DNA of 64,000 bases from Malassezia furfur (lineage: Eukaryota). The translations under genes were made by a program, and so were the position numbers. The first letter of the stretch is position 1. Each line of letters opens with the position of its first letter. The notes under the pieces were generated by a model, which was not told the origin of the DNA, did no database searches, and was given only the letters and a program-made list of their open reading frames with translations. Of the stretch, positions 19,251 through 31,136 are shown piece after piece. Location: assembly GCA_052055015.1 (NCBI GenBank), contig JBQJIT010000012.1, one strand, 5' to 3'.

Positions 19251-20764
19251 CTATTCGAGTACCTGGATTTTCGGAGCGGCACCCATCCGCTGCACGCGGG
19301 GGTCCATACGACCCACTGTCGCATTGGCGGCCGCAATGTGTGCGAGCTGTTCGGCGTCGTCACGCTCCTTCTCAAGGCGCGCAACCTCGCTGTCGAGCTG
19401 CATGCCCACAGCGAGCTGCGCTTCACGTGGAGCTGTGGTGTAGGCGTGTGCGTAAAATGCCAGTTTCTTGGCGACGGCACGGTCGGTAGTACCCAGCAGT
19501 GCCGCCACGTCACCTAGCGCGTACACCAGCACCGGTGCATCGTCCGCGTCACGGACGCGGGGAGGCGCAAGCAGTGGGCGGACGTCGCGCAAAAGCATCG
19601 CAAGCAGCGCGGCGGCACTTGGTCCTACATCGTGGGGACCGAGCATGTGCAGAAAGTAGAGCCCGGCATCATCCACACTCGTCAGCATAGTGCTTGCCAG
19701 CTTGGGCTCCGTGCGTGGATGCGCAAACACAAACGGGAGGAGGCGGCGGAGAAGCGTGCGTAAAGCATCGTGCGTCTCATCCGACTCTGCAGCAGCGTCC
19801 AGATCGGCGCGGGGTATATGGTTCAGAGGGGGAGATGGGGGGGTATCAGGCACGTGAGTGCGCGCAGGATCAGGGGATGTCGTAGCCGCTAGCACCTCGG
19901 CGTCTTCGAGTGGCGGCGGCTCACCGTCGCTGTCGTCATCGTGAGGGGCCGCAGAAGCGACATCAGGTACGCTGGCCGGGGGCGGACTTGGCACAGGTGC
20001 ACAACCCGACTTCTTGGATGGCTCGGCTTGGCGCATGCGGCTCGGTGCCGCCTCCACAGGCAGGCGCGAAAGCTGGCCGTGGCGGAGGGCATAAGCATAC
20101 GCCAGGAGCACGGCAACGACATTGTACCGCAAATCCGCACGGACTGGGACGTTGGACTTGGTAAGCTTCTCCATTTCACGCGTGAAATCGGCCGTGCCAT
20201 CGAGCGTGGTCCGCTCGGCCCACCACAACGGCACATCTTCCTCGTCTTCAAAGTACATGCGCGCCGCCCGCGACGGGTCACGCAGCAGCGACTGGAAGCG
20301 CTCGCGGTCTGCAAGCGAGAGCCTTGAAAGCAGCTCATCTGGATCGCTCCCCACACCCTGATCGGTGTCGTGCATGGTGCCGTCTTCGTGCTCCGCGTCG
20401 CTGCTCTCGTCGCTCAGGACACCTTCGCCGGTCTCGAGTCGCCAGAGCAGCTCCATGGTTTTGCGCCGCTCCGCCTCGTCTACCGACACATCTTCCTTGG
20501 AGAGGTTATCACGCGCCGACTGCTGTGCGAACGGCTCCGAGCACGCACGGTGCACATTCGCACGAAAGCACGCAAGCGAGCAGTAGGGGAGACGGCACGT
20601 CGGACAATGGTACTTGGCTTCGCGAAGGAAGCAACTGCGTGAGCACACTTACACACATACATTCCGCATATCCGCGCCGTACCCGGCTCGGTACGCTCAA
20701 CCTCGTCCCGCGACGAACGACGCACACGACGCGCCACCCGACGCACGTCAAAGAGATCGGCCAT
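19251..20764 (-). CDS. HIT-type zinc finger protein (ZNHIT2-like)
   Basis: After splicing 20635-20660: CGIC...AKYHCPTCRLPYCSLACFR..VH..CSEPF; later LRYNVVAVLLAYAYALR. Confidence 0.8.
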
Positions 20765-20803
20765 GAATGTGGAGGGAAAAGCTGCGTACGTCTAGATGCG
20801 GGG

Positions 20804-21936
20804 TTAAGTGGAGGACGCCGTGGACGCGAGTGGCGCAGTCCAGCGCGGCCGGTAGTGCACTTGGGGGTGCAGGATATCGCCGGCGCTCTGGATGATACGC
20901 AGCTCCCGCATCCGCATGATTTTTACGCGGTCTTCTTCGCTCGCGAGGTGCGATGGCTGCAGCGGATCGAGGCCTTCCTGCTCGCCGAGCGTCTCCATGG
21001 CGCGCGCCGTACGGATGAGTACCTGCTGCAAAGACGCCACAGCCAGCGTCACGGCGCGTGCAATAGGCAGTGTGCACTCGCCTTCAGTGGGCGTACCATA
21101 CCCGTCGTACGCGGCACGGGCTGGCGCAGGAACATCCTCGTCATGCTCCATAAACCGCGCCACGGTCAGTGCGGAGAACAGGTCTCCCACGCCGCTAAAG
21201 TACTCGCCGAGCGACGGGAATTGCAGAAACCACGGCTGGAGCTCCTTGGTATCCGCATTCCACGTCGAACCGACCAGCAGCATTGCTGGCTTGCCATCCG
21301 GCATGCTTGGCATCGCGCCGATCGCGGTAAGGTCGTCCTTGCTCAACTCAAGCGAGGTGATGAGTACATGCGGCACTTGGTATTCGTCATGCAGCTTGGT
21401 CAGCGCCGCCTTCAGCGTCGGGATCGAGCGAATTTCAATGCCGGACAGCACCTGTGCCTCAAACTGGTTCGGACAGATGATCGAGGCGAGGTGCAACATG
21501 CGCCGGTAAATTGGCAGCACATCCGGGTTCACATACATCCCCCGGTCCATATCTCCCATGACCGGATCGAGCAGATACACCATATGCGGGTTCTTTTCGC
21601 GCTGCGCGCGGATAAGCTTTTCCACTTCGCCGAGTGCCTCGGGCGAGGGTGTGTAGCCCGTCAGCAGCCGGTTGTGACGCAACAGTTTGTTGCGGTCCAT
21701 GTTGGCAAAGACATCAGCGAGGTGCGCGGCATCAAACCGCAAACCGCCCCAGCGGCCATATCCCGTATGATTCGAAAACTGGACCGTATTCACGGCGTCA
21801 ACGTCCCAGCCCAAGAGCTGGCAAGGAAACGTAGCTGCACGATTCCCTTGGGTGAGACATTTCACGTACCGACATAGCCCGTAGCGACATGGCTCTGGAT
21901 TGTGAGCAGCCGGTAGGACGCCGTGTCGCTGCTCAT
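20804..21936 (-). CDS. BUD16: Pyridoxal kinase
   Basis: Spliced LLTIQSHVATGYVGNRAATFP.QLLGWDVD.VNTVQFSNHTGY, LDPVMGD, FSGVGDLFSAL. Intron 21847-21869 (23 nt). Confidence 0.93.
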
Positions 21937-21970
21937 TGAGAAAAGAAGGTGTTGCTGACTCAGCACGGCC

Positions 21971-23185
21971 ATGGACCAAGACGCGTTCCGGCAGCTGGTC
22001 TCGGCGCCCCGCGAGGAGGTTGTGGGGCGCGGACAGGGATACGATCGTAACTTCGGCCAGGCGTCCTACAAGAATCGGGAGCGACGCCGTGCGCAGCGCG
22101 AATCGCACGAGTCACAGCCGGATTGGAAGCCCCGGCAGGTAGGTGGGACAGAATTTCGTGGCTCGCACTCCAAGCATGCCTACATGGATCGTGCAGAGAT
22201 GCGCCGTCGTGGCATCGAAATGCCGCTCGATGTACGGTTACCGTCGCTCCCTGATCCGGAAGCCGATCCTGCGGGGTCCGAGAACGAGGTGCCCCCCGTA
22301 TCAGACGCAGATTTGGAGCAGGCCTGGGAGTCTGGTCGTACGGAACCGGGCGTGGTCGCCTCCAGCTCTGGTGGCACCAAGGCTGCATTCCGTCCGATTA
22401 CAGAGGCCAAAGAAGCACCAGATGTGATCTATGTTAATGGAAAACGTATGCGAAAGAAGAAGAAAAAGGCCCCAGAGGCATCACTAGAGCCTCTCGTTGC
22501 CACGCCCGAGGAGCCAAGCCATGCTACAGCATTCCGCCCTCGCAAGGCAACTTCGACGCAGGGCCATACACAGACGCCTTTGTCCAGCCACTCACCCACT
22601 GCAAAGAACAGCATAGCAGAGAGCTCTGCGCCTTCCTCGGATACCCATGCACTTCAGCGTTCTGCTTCTACAATAACCGGTGAACAAAAGGAGTCCAGTC
22701 CTACCCAAGGTACGACATCACCTGCAGACCCTTCCACCGCATCGGTGACTAGTGCTGGTGTCGAATCATCAGATGCACCCAAGGCGCGTCCGCCGGCGCG
22801 GCCCACCTTTGTGCCCGAAGTCGACGATGACGACGACATTTTCGCCGACGCTTGCGAATGGGAGGGCCTTTCGGATGAAGAGACGCCTGCCACCAAGGCC
22901 GCCCCGGCCAAGCATGGCGACTGGTTTGCGCCCAGCAGTGCGGCGCCCACGGACCTAGCCTCGCCGGCAGCGCCAGAGGCACGCACGCCGCCTCCACATT
23001 CCCCACGCTCCGCAACGCCCGATACGCCGCCGACGCGCTTGGAAGGACTGAGTACGAGCGCGCTTCCGACCGAAATGATCCGCAGCCTACTTTCTCGCGA
23101 AGACGAAGCACCCGCGCGACGCTCAGGCGCCGCGCCGAAGCGCAAACGCAGCAAAAAGGGCCGTGGCGACCCCGATTCGCCCTGA
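21971..23185 (+). CDS. Low-complexity protein with RED/IK-like N-terminal motifs
   Basis: MDQDAFRQLV and YMDRAEMRR resemble the RED N-terminus; basic NLS-like tract; DDDDDIFADA.EW. Confidence 0.5.
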   Translation: MDQDAFRQLVSAPREEVVGRGQGYDRNFGQASYKNRERRRAQRESHESQPDWKPRQVGGTEFRGSHSKHAYMDRAEMRRRGIEMPLDVRLPSLPDPEADPAGSENEVPPVSDADLEQAWESGRTEPGVVASSSGGTKAAFRPITEAKEAPDVIYVNGKRMRKKKKKAPEASLEPLVATPEEPSHATAFRPRKATSTQGHTQTPLSSHSPTAKNSIAESSAPSSDTHALQRSASTITGEQKESSPTQGTTSPADPSTASVTSAGVESSDAPKARPPARPTFVPEVDDDDDIFADACEWEGLSDEETPATKAAPAKHGDWFAPSSAAPTDLASPAAPEARTPPPHSPRSATPDTPPTRLEGLSTSALPTEMIRSLLSREDEAPARRSGAAPKRKRSKKGRGDPDSP

Positions 23186-23290
23186 GCGCCGGCGCGCGTC
23201 CATAGATTACGTAACGCGTAAAGCGCGTCGCGGCACGCGTCTCGCGTGGAATTCCCGGCTTACCGTGACGACGATCCGCGCGTAGGAGCG

Positions 23291-26200
23291 ATGGCGACGC
23301 GAGCACAGAGGCTTGAAGCCCTCGCAGCGCTGAAGGCCTCGCGCACGGGTGGCACACGTGTGCATGTACGTCCCTTTTCTGACGCAGCCGAAAACCGAGG
23401 ATGACGACGTGATCTACGACGAAGTCTCTGAAGAGACGTACCAGTCGATCGTCCGCGGCCGGATGATGGAAGACGACTTTATCGAGGATGACGATGGGAG
23501 TGGCTACGTCGACCATGGCCAGGACGAATGGGAGACGCGCGAAGAGAGCGAACCGGATACCGAGGACGAGCAAGAATACTACGAGCGCACTGGGCGCCGA
23601 AAGCCCAAGAAAGGCGCTAAGCGCTCGCGGCGGACAGCGGCGGGTCAGTTGGACTACATGGGTCGCCCCAAGAGCGATGCATTGCGTCCTCAGCGTGAAA
23701 CCGGCCCGAACAAAGAGTCGGAAGACGCGTTCATGTCGCAGCTCTTTGGCAACTTGCAAGGGTCGCTCGCGACGCCGGCACGCCCTGCTGTGTCGAAGCT
23801 GCAAACGGGTAGTTACGAGTCGCCCTCGGCGATGCTTGCTCGGAAACGCAAGCAGCTGCACGCCACATCGCTGCCGCCACTGCAGGACAGCTCGTCGTCG
23901 ACCGAGGCGAGCAGTGACCCACCCGAGCTTGGCCAAGAGGCGTGGACAAGCGATGTGCACGTTGCCGGGAGCGACTCGCCTCCATGGGACATGAGCAAGA
24001 TGGACGTCGTCGAGACGCCAATCCCAGCCAAGAAGCTTAAGAGCGAGCCGGCTGCCGACGAGGAGGAGGAGGAGGACTTTGGCGTGATGCATGTCGAGGG
24101 CAAGCGGCTCGACCGGCTCGTGAGCGGCAAGGCGCAGGCACCAGTGCGTGCCGAGGTGCGCCCGCCTGTACCCGCGACGCCCGCGACGCCCGCGCCGGTG
24201 GCACGCCAGGCGCCGCACGCCAAGTCGACACCGGCGCACCTGCAGTCGTGGCATACCGTGCACGAGGGGCTTGACTCGGCAAGCTCGCCGGCGTCCATCG
24301 TGGCATCGCCCAAAGATGTGGCGCAGGTCGGTGCAGGGGCGTCGCAGATCGAGTGTTTCCAAGAGGACCGGTCGGTGCACTTTTTCTGGTTCGACCATTT
24401 TGAGAGCCAAGGGACTGTGCACTTGTTCGGCAAGGTGTGGGACCAGAGCAGCAAGCGCTACGTGAGCTGCTCGGTGAGCGTGGGCGGCATCGAGCGGTGT
24501 GTCTTTTTGCAGCCGCGCGACCGGATGCTGGTCAACGGGCATCCCTCCGACAAGGTGCCCGGCGAGGACGACGTGTACGAAGAATTTGACGCGATCCGTG
24601 CGCGCCATGGCATTCAGGCGTGGCTCGGCAAGTGGGTCACGCGCAAATACGCGTTCGAGCTGCCCGACGTGCCCGCGGAAGGCGAGTACATGAAGGTCAA
24701 ATACGGCTTCGACGAGCCGCAGTTGCCAATGGACGTTAGCGGTGCAACGTTTGCGCGCGCGTTCGGCACCAACACGTCGGCGTTTGAGCTGTTTGTGGTG
24801 AAGCGGCGCATCATGGGTCCCTGTTGGCTGCGCATCGAGAACGCGAGCGTGCGCAACGACGCGCCGCAGACGTGGTGCAAGCTTGAGCTGGAGGTCGACG
24901 AGCCCAAGTCGGTGGCGCCGTTTGCAGACACGGACGCCAACGCCCCGAAGGAGATGCCGCCTGTGACGATCATGAGTTTGTCGACGCGCTCTGTGGTGAA
25001 CTACAAGGAGAACAAGCGCGAGATTGTCGCATTGAGCGCCCGGACGTGGCGCGACACCTCGTTGGAGAACCCCACACCGCCGGAGCAGCTGCCCTCGACA
25101 TCGTTCACGGCCGTGCGCCCGCTGGGTCCCTCCTTCCCCGCGCGCTTTGAACAAGAGGCACGGCAAGGACGTACCAAGATCCAGGCGCTCAAGTACGAGC
25201 GCATGGTGCTGAACAGCTTCCTGGCGCAGGTGCACCTGAACGACCCCGACGTGGTGCTGTCGTACGACTTTGCAGGTGCGAACCTCGATATTCTGCTGCA
25301 CCGTATGCGCGACCTCAAGTGCGAGCAATGGAGCAAGCTGGGCCGCCTGCGCCGCACCAAGTGGCCGCTGCTCAAGCAGGGCATGAACACGCGCGTGCTT
25401 GCTGGCCGCTTGGTGTGCGACCTGTCGAGCGACACGGCCAAGGGCATGATCAGTTCGACGACGTGGTCGCTGAGCGAGATGTGCCGTACCTACCTCAACA
25501 CACAGCGCGAGGACATTGACCCGGACGACGTGGCGTCCTACTTTGACTGCACGGCGCCTTCGCCTGAGCGCTTGTTGACGTTTGTGCGTCACTGCGAGGT
25601 GGATGCCTACTTCCAAATGGCGATTGCGAGCCGTGTACAGCTCCTGGCGCTCACGAAGCAGCTGACGAACCTCGCGGGCAACGCATGGTCGCGCACGCTG
25701 AATGGCGGGCGTGCAGAGCGCAACGAGTACATTTTGCTGCACGAGTTCCACCGGAAAAAGTACATTTGCCCCGACAAGATCTCGGCGTGGGAGAAGAAGG
25801 CACTGCGCGCCGCCAAGGAGGACGGCGATGCGCCGCACAAGAAGGAGAAGTTTAAGGGCGGTCTCGTGTTTGAGCCGAAGCGTGGGCTGTGGGATCGGTA
25901 CATCCTTGTGATGGACTTCAACTCGCTGTACCCCAGCATTATCCAAGAGTTCAACATCGACTTTACCACGGTGGAGCGTGTGGGCGTCGAGGGCGATGCG
26001 GTGCCCGACATCCCGTCGTCGGACGTGGCGCAAGGTGTACTGCCGCACCTGATTGCCACGCTCGTCAACCGCCGGCGGCAGGTCAAGGGCCTGATGAAGG
26101 ACAAGCAGGCGCCCGCGCTCAAGCAGCTCCAGTGGAACATCAAGCAGCAGGCGCTCAAGCTCACGGCCAACTCGATGTACGGCTGCCTGGGCTTTGAAAA

Positions 26201-27689
26201 CTCGCGCTTCTACGCGCGTCCGCTCGCGGCGCTCACCACCTTCAAAGGCCGTGAGATTCTGACCATGACGCGCGAGCTCGCCGAGAGCATGTCGCTCGAC
26301 GTGATCTACGGCGACACGGACAGTGTGATGATCAACACCAACTGCGTCGACTACCAAGACGCGCTGCGCATCGGCCACGAGTTCCGCCGCGCGGTCAACG
26401 AGAAGTACAAGCTGCTCGAGATTGATATCGACGGCGTGTTCCAGCGCATGCTCCTCCTCCAAAAGAAGAAGTATGCTGCGCTCCTCGTCGCCGAGAACGG
26501 GCAGACCTCGACGGAGATCAAGGGCCTCGACATGAAGCGCCGCGAGTACTGCCAGCTCTCCAAGAACGTCTCGAGCTACGTCCTGTCGCAGATTCTCTCG
26601 GGCGAGGCCACCGAGACGGTCGTCGAAAAGATCCACGAGTACCTCGAGCAGGTCGGCAACGACGTGCGCGCAGGCCAAGTGCCGCTTGACGATCTGGTCA
26701 TTTACAAGCGGCTCGGCAAGCGGCCGCAAGACTACCCCGATGCGCAGAACCAGCCGCACGTCCAGGTCGCGCTGCGCATGCTCGCCAAGAACGAGAGCGC
26801 ACGCAGTGGCGACGTGATCCCCTACGTCTTCTGCGTCGGGCCGCAACAGGACGCCAAGGCGACGCAGGCCGAGCGCGCCTACCACCCCGACGACGTGCGC
26901 CGCCACGCGGGCGAAGCGGCGTACGCGATCGACACCAAGCACTACCTCGCGCTGCAGATCATGCCACCGATCGAGCGCATCTGCGAGAGCATCGAGGGCA
27001 CAGACCGCGCGCGGCTTGCGGCGTGTCTCGGCCTCGACGTGCATGCCTACACCGCGCCGTCCGGCGGTGAAGTCGCCGCGGCCGGCCGCGAGTTTGCGCC
27101 GCTCGACAGCCAGGTGCCAAGCGCGGTGCGCTACGCGCAGTGCGAGCCGCTCGAGGTGCGCTGCCGCGCGTGCGGCCACGCGGTGCAGGTCGGCGCCCTT
27201 GCTCAGCTCGCGCCAGACGCGCCGCATGCGCTCGGGCGCGACAAGGGGTACGTGTGCACCAACGCGGCATGTGCGCAGCCACTCGGCCTCGCGTCGATGG
27301 TGGTGCAGCTCGAGACGGCGATCCGCGCATACATCGCGCGCTACTACCACGGCTACACGGTGTGCACCGAACCCACCTGCGGCGTCCGCACGAACCAGGC
27401 GGGCGTCTACAGCGGGCGGTGCCTCGCAGCAAATTGTCGCGGCACCACCAAGCGTGAATACTCGGACAAGCAGCTGTACACGCAGCTGTGCTACCTCGAC
27501 TACCTCTTCGACGCAGAGCGCGCGCTCGCCGAGGTGGGCGACGCGCCACAACGTGCGTATGCCCACGACACTATCCGTGCGCACCGCGCGGCGATCGATG
27601 CGCTGCACGCCGCTGTGCAAGAGTACCTTGGGCGCAACGGGCGCCGGTTCGTGGACCTGCGCAAGCTGTTTGGCTTTATGCGTGTGTAG
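23291..27689 (+). CDS. POL1: DNA polymerase alpha catalytic subunit
   Basis: MDFNSLYPSIIQE, ALKLTANSMYGCLG, YGDTDS, C-terminal Zn fingers. First exon MATRAQRL.. joined through 22-nt intron 23366-23387. Confidence 0.97.
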
Positions 27690-28584
27690 ATGCATAGGAC
27701 GCCAGCATCGCCGACAGACCAGGCACATCGTAGGGGATCGCCGACGTGCCCAGCGCGTCAGTACGCAGCAGCTGCTCGACCGCCTCGCGCTTGACCGAGC
27801 GGTAGATGTCAAGCTCCACGGCGACGTCTGCATCAGGACTCGGCGCGCGGCGAATGCTGCGTGGCGCCGGTGCTGGGGCTTCAGCCGCCTCCCCGGCCGC
27901 CTCCGGGGTTTCGGCTACCCTCCCTGGCTCGGCTGCCTCCCTCGGTGCGGCTGTCTCTGCTGCACCCTCGTAGTCACGGAGGTCTACCACCTCTTCCTCC
28001 TCCTCATCTCCCAGCACCTCGCGCCGCCGCGCTTCTTGCCGCAGGAATTCTTGCAGGTCTTCGTCGTCCTCATCAAAGGCCCGCACACGCATCATGCCGC
28101 GGGGCGCACTGGGCGCCGGTGATGCCTGCCGCGGCGTCGTCTCACCCGCCTCCTCTTCCTCTCCCTCGCCATAGTGTGGCAGCTCCTCGTGCATAAATTG
28201 GTCCAGACTCGACCGATTGCGCAACGCACGCAGCGAGCCACGGTCGCGGATCAGCCGCGGCTCGTCGCCAGGGACATTGGGCCGCCCGAGGTAAATCTCG
28301 TCCTGGTCCTCAAAGTGCGCTTCGCTGTACCGCTTCATGATGCCCTCCCAGGTACTACGCAGGCGCTCCACCGACTGGTACCATGCCCACTCGTACGTCT
28401 CGTTGCCCTGCTCGTCGTACTTGACCTTGGGCGGGCACCCCGGCTTGTACTCACGCCGCGGCGACGCGGGCATCGCACTCGAGCTTGCGCCCGCGTGGAC
28501 GGGAGGCGCCCACGCATTACCCTCGTCGCGCTGGTCTACACCAAAGCTCTGTAGGATAAACGCATTCTGGAACGACTGCGACAT
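27676..28584 (-). CDS. SCM3: CENP-A chaperone Scm3/HJURP-domain protein
   Basis: SVERLRSTWEGIMKRY....EDQDEIYL...LIRDRGSLRAL matches the Scm3 domain pattern. Confidence 0.7.
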   Translation of the reverse strand: MSQSFQNAFILQSFGVDQRDEGNAWAPPVHAGASSSAMPASPRREYKPGCPPKVKYDEQGNETYEWAWYQSVERLRSTWEGIMKRYSEAHFEDQDEIYLGRPNVPGDEPRLIRDRGSLRALRNRSSLDQFMHEELPHYGEGEEEEAGETTPRQASPAPSAPRGMMRVRAFDEDDEDLQEFLRQEARRREVLGDEEEEEVVDLRDYEGAAETAAPREAAEPGRVAETPEAAGEAAEAPAPAPRSIRRAPSPDADVAVELDIYRSVKREAVEQLLRTDALGTSAIPYDVPGLSAMLASYASTHA

Positions 28585-28664
28585 GCACCCACCGCGTCAA
28601 GCCCCGCGCGCGCACCTCCACCTCGACACCGCACGTCGGCCGATCCTCCACGGTCCGTGCTGCG

Positions 28665-29394
28665 ATGCGAAAGGAGCGGCGCGAGGCGCTCGGGTTGGTG
28701 CGTAGAGCGCGTCTCACCAGATCCGGACCCTCCTTTCGATCCTCACCGTGTACATCTACTTCCTTGATGGACTGCTCGTCATCCTGCTTGTCCGGCAACT
28801 CGTCCTATTTGTACGTTCACGCGCGCTCACACAGCAATACTGTGCGTCGCTCACCTCGCTCACGCAGTGGTCCCGACCCGCATTCCCGTATCACGCAGCC
28901 TGCCGTCGACTACGCGGTCTATGACGTTCTTCCATGTGCTGTGTGGGATCAACCAGATGCTCCAGGACACGGCGCCATCCGCGCCGCGGCTGCTGCTCGA
29001 CTTTGTGGGGCAAGGTAAGTATCCTTGGCTCACCCAAGACCACCCCACGTCCAAGCTACATCTTCTCTGTGTCGACGCCGTGCTCTGGTTCTTACACATG
29101 ATCCTGCTCACCATCGCCGTCGAGGAAGCCAAGTGCCGCGTCGATCCCCACCGACGAAACCCGCTGGACGTCGAGGCGCCGGATGAGAGCGCACGCGAAA
29201 TGAACTCGCCGCCGTATCGCGACAGTGAGGAGGACGACGTTCACGAACGTCTCTTGCCCTCCGACACAGCTTCGACCCACACCGACGGCATGGTTGACGA
29301 CCTTGAAGACATTGTGCCGACGACGCGCACCCCCATCGCCCAGGTACACTGGTCGAGCCTGTGGGCCACCGAGCCAGGTGCATCGTTTGCATAG
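28665..29394 (+). CDS. DUF1746 / Dsc4-like membrane protein (4 exons)
   Basis: Spliced YIYFLDGLLVILLVR...LLLDFVGQ...LLCVDAVLWFLHMILL. Introns 28698-28720, 28811-28834, 28842-28867 around a 7-nt exon. Confidence 0.7.
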
Positions 29395-29414
29395 CCTACG
29401 AGATACCCATACAA

Positions 29415-29565
29415 GAATGTAGGGCTGCTTCAAAACGGACATGCCATGAAAAACCGGAAGGCGTGGCCGATCTGCACAACCCATCGTTATTCCCTGCTTG
29501 TTTAAGTGGATGGCCATGGTCGACACCGAGGCGCCGCGGGCCACCACTAGATAAGCAACAGGGTT
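29415..29565 (-). ncRNA. Box H/ACA snoRNA, snR49-like
   Basis: Two hairpins (CCCUGUU/AGCAGGG; GGGUUGU/GCAGCCC), ACA at 29418-20. Pocket 1 UUAUCU/UAAAC fits 18S UUUA-U-U-AGAUAA (yeast Psi211) and GUUUA-U (Psi120). Pocket 2 GCAGA/UUUGAA fits UUCAAA-U-N-UCUGC (Psi302). Both pockets are 14 nt from their boxes. Confidence 0.8.
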
Positions 29566-29777
29566 TTGTTTCTGACACGCATGCGCATTGCATGCTTCTC
29601 ACGCTCGCACTCACACTCGCACACCGACGGTCACTCGCTCGTCCAACTGCTCATGCCTGGGCGGCAATCGCCAAGGAACTTTCATTTTCAGCTCACGCTG
29701 TAGCGTATGACAGGAAGAGTCCTAAATCGGGAATGCAATACATGGCTCTGCCTTGTCGAAACCCTCGGGTAGGATTT

Positions 29778-30260
29778 TTAGACTGCGTTAGTCGTCCCGG
29801 CATCGCGCATACGTACTGTTGCTCGGGTACAGCAGGACACGCACCGACTCGCCAAAGGCCTTCGGGGGAATGTTGTGGCGGAACTTGCTGCGCACAACAC
29901 CGTTGCCACCGTGTGTCCGGGTGACACGGCCCCAGATCACGCGGACGCGGGTGCCGCGCTTCTCGGTGGGCGCCTTGTAGATGTAGGCAATGCGCTGCAA
30001 CGGTCAGCATCTGCTCACAAGCACCCCATGATAGGGTACGTACCTTGCCGAGGTAGAACTGGGCGTCCTTGGCGCTCTCCACGCCCTCGATCTTCACCAG
30101 CGTCACGTTGGGGTGCTGGCTGCGCTTACCCCGCCTGTGGCCCATGATCTTGCCCTTGCTGTAGAGACGAGTCTGTGACGTTAGTATGTGCACACAATAG
30201 GCGCGCACGCCGCGTCCCAAGCACGCTAGGGACGACAGCGCACAACCGCGTACGCACCAT
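29778..30260 (-). CDS. RPL33: 60S ribosomal protein eL33 (L35a)
   Basis: M|TRLYSKG...KIEGV....[15 protein letters not shown]...[20 protein letters not shown]...LYPSNI*. Introns 30173-30257, 29995-30043, 29783-29816. Confidence 0.96.
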
Positions 30261-30450
30261 TGTGGAAGCTCTTTGGAAGGAACTCCTTGAGGTGGTGAGG
30301 GACAATACCGCACCGGTGCAGCGGAGGCCTTTGCGGACGATAGAATATCACGTGAAGATCATAAAACTATAGGATCACTTCCACGTGATGCCATGTGGCG
30401 CTAGGGCCATGTGGAGATGCACCGGATTTTTTGGCAACGCCCAAGAGACG

Positions 30451-30854
30451 ATGGGACAGGTGTCCAGACGGAAGCGCACGCACCACGCCCGGCGAGGTGA
30501 GTAGCATGGTCTAACGCAGACGTCTCGCGTGCAGCACGTACGCGTGCACGTCACCTCGATTATGACCAACGTCACGAGAATGCAACGAGCTCCGCCCGGC
30601 GCCAAAAGCTCGAAGCACCCACCGAGCTCGACCCGGACAAGGCAGGCTTAGGCATGTTTTACTGTGTCGAATGCGACCGGCACTTCCCGAACAACAACGA
30701 CCGCGAGGCGCACTTGGCCAGCAAGCTGCACAAGCGCATCGCGAAAAAGGTGCTCACCGAGAAGCCCTATACGCACGAAGAGGCGATGCGTGGAGCCGGC
30801 ATCGGCGTCGATAACCGGCGACGCGATAGCCAACAAATTGAGCTGGACAACTGA
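30451..30854 (+). CDS. BUD20: C2H2 zinc-finger pre-60S factor Bud20/ZNF593
   Basis: [14 protein letters not shown]....H..SKLHKR......KPYTHEEA. Intron 30497-30519. Confidence 0.9.
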
Positions 30855-31136
30855 AGGCCTCTTTGCCCGTCGGCTCGATCGAGATACCCAACGCACCCGT
30901 TCTGGAGCGGGCTTTGTGCATCGCGTGTCAAAATATATTCATTCCGCCCATGTACCAACAAAGACGTAGCGCGAACTACCTAGACTACATGACCATGTCC
31001 TTCTACGTCGCACACCGGTTCATAGTTTCGCGCACCATGGCCGACGTCATTGGGTACGCCGACGCGTTGCGTTCCGCCACGTGGCGACTTTATCGGACCG
31101 TGCGCACGGATGGTTTATCAGTTGCATCGAAAGAAC

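Noticed and set aside
22749..27833. 1694-aa ORF on the minus strand
   Set aside because: Antisense shadow of POL1; GC-rich codon bias removes stops, and no recognisable motifs.
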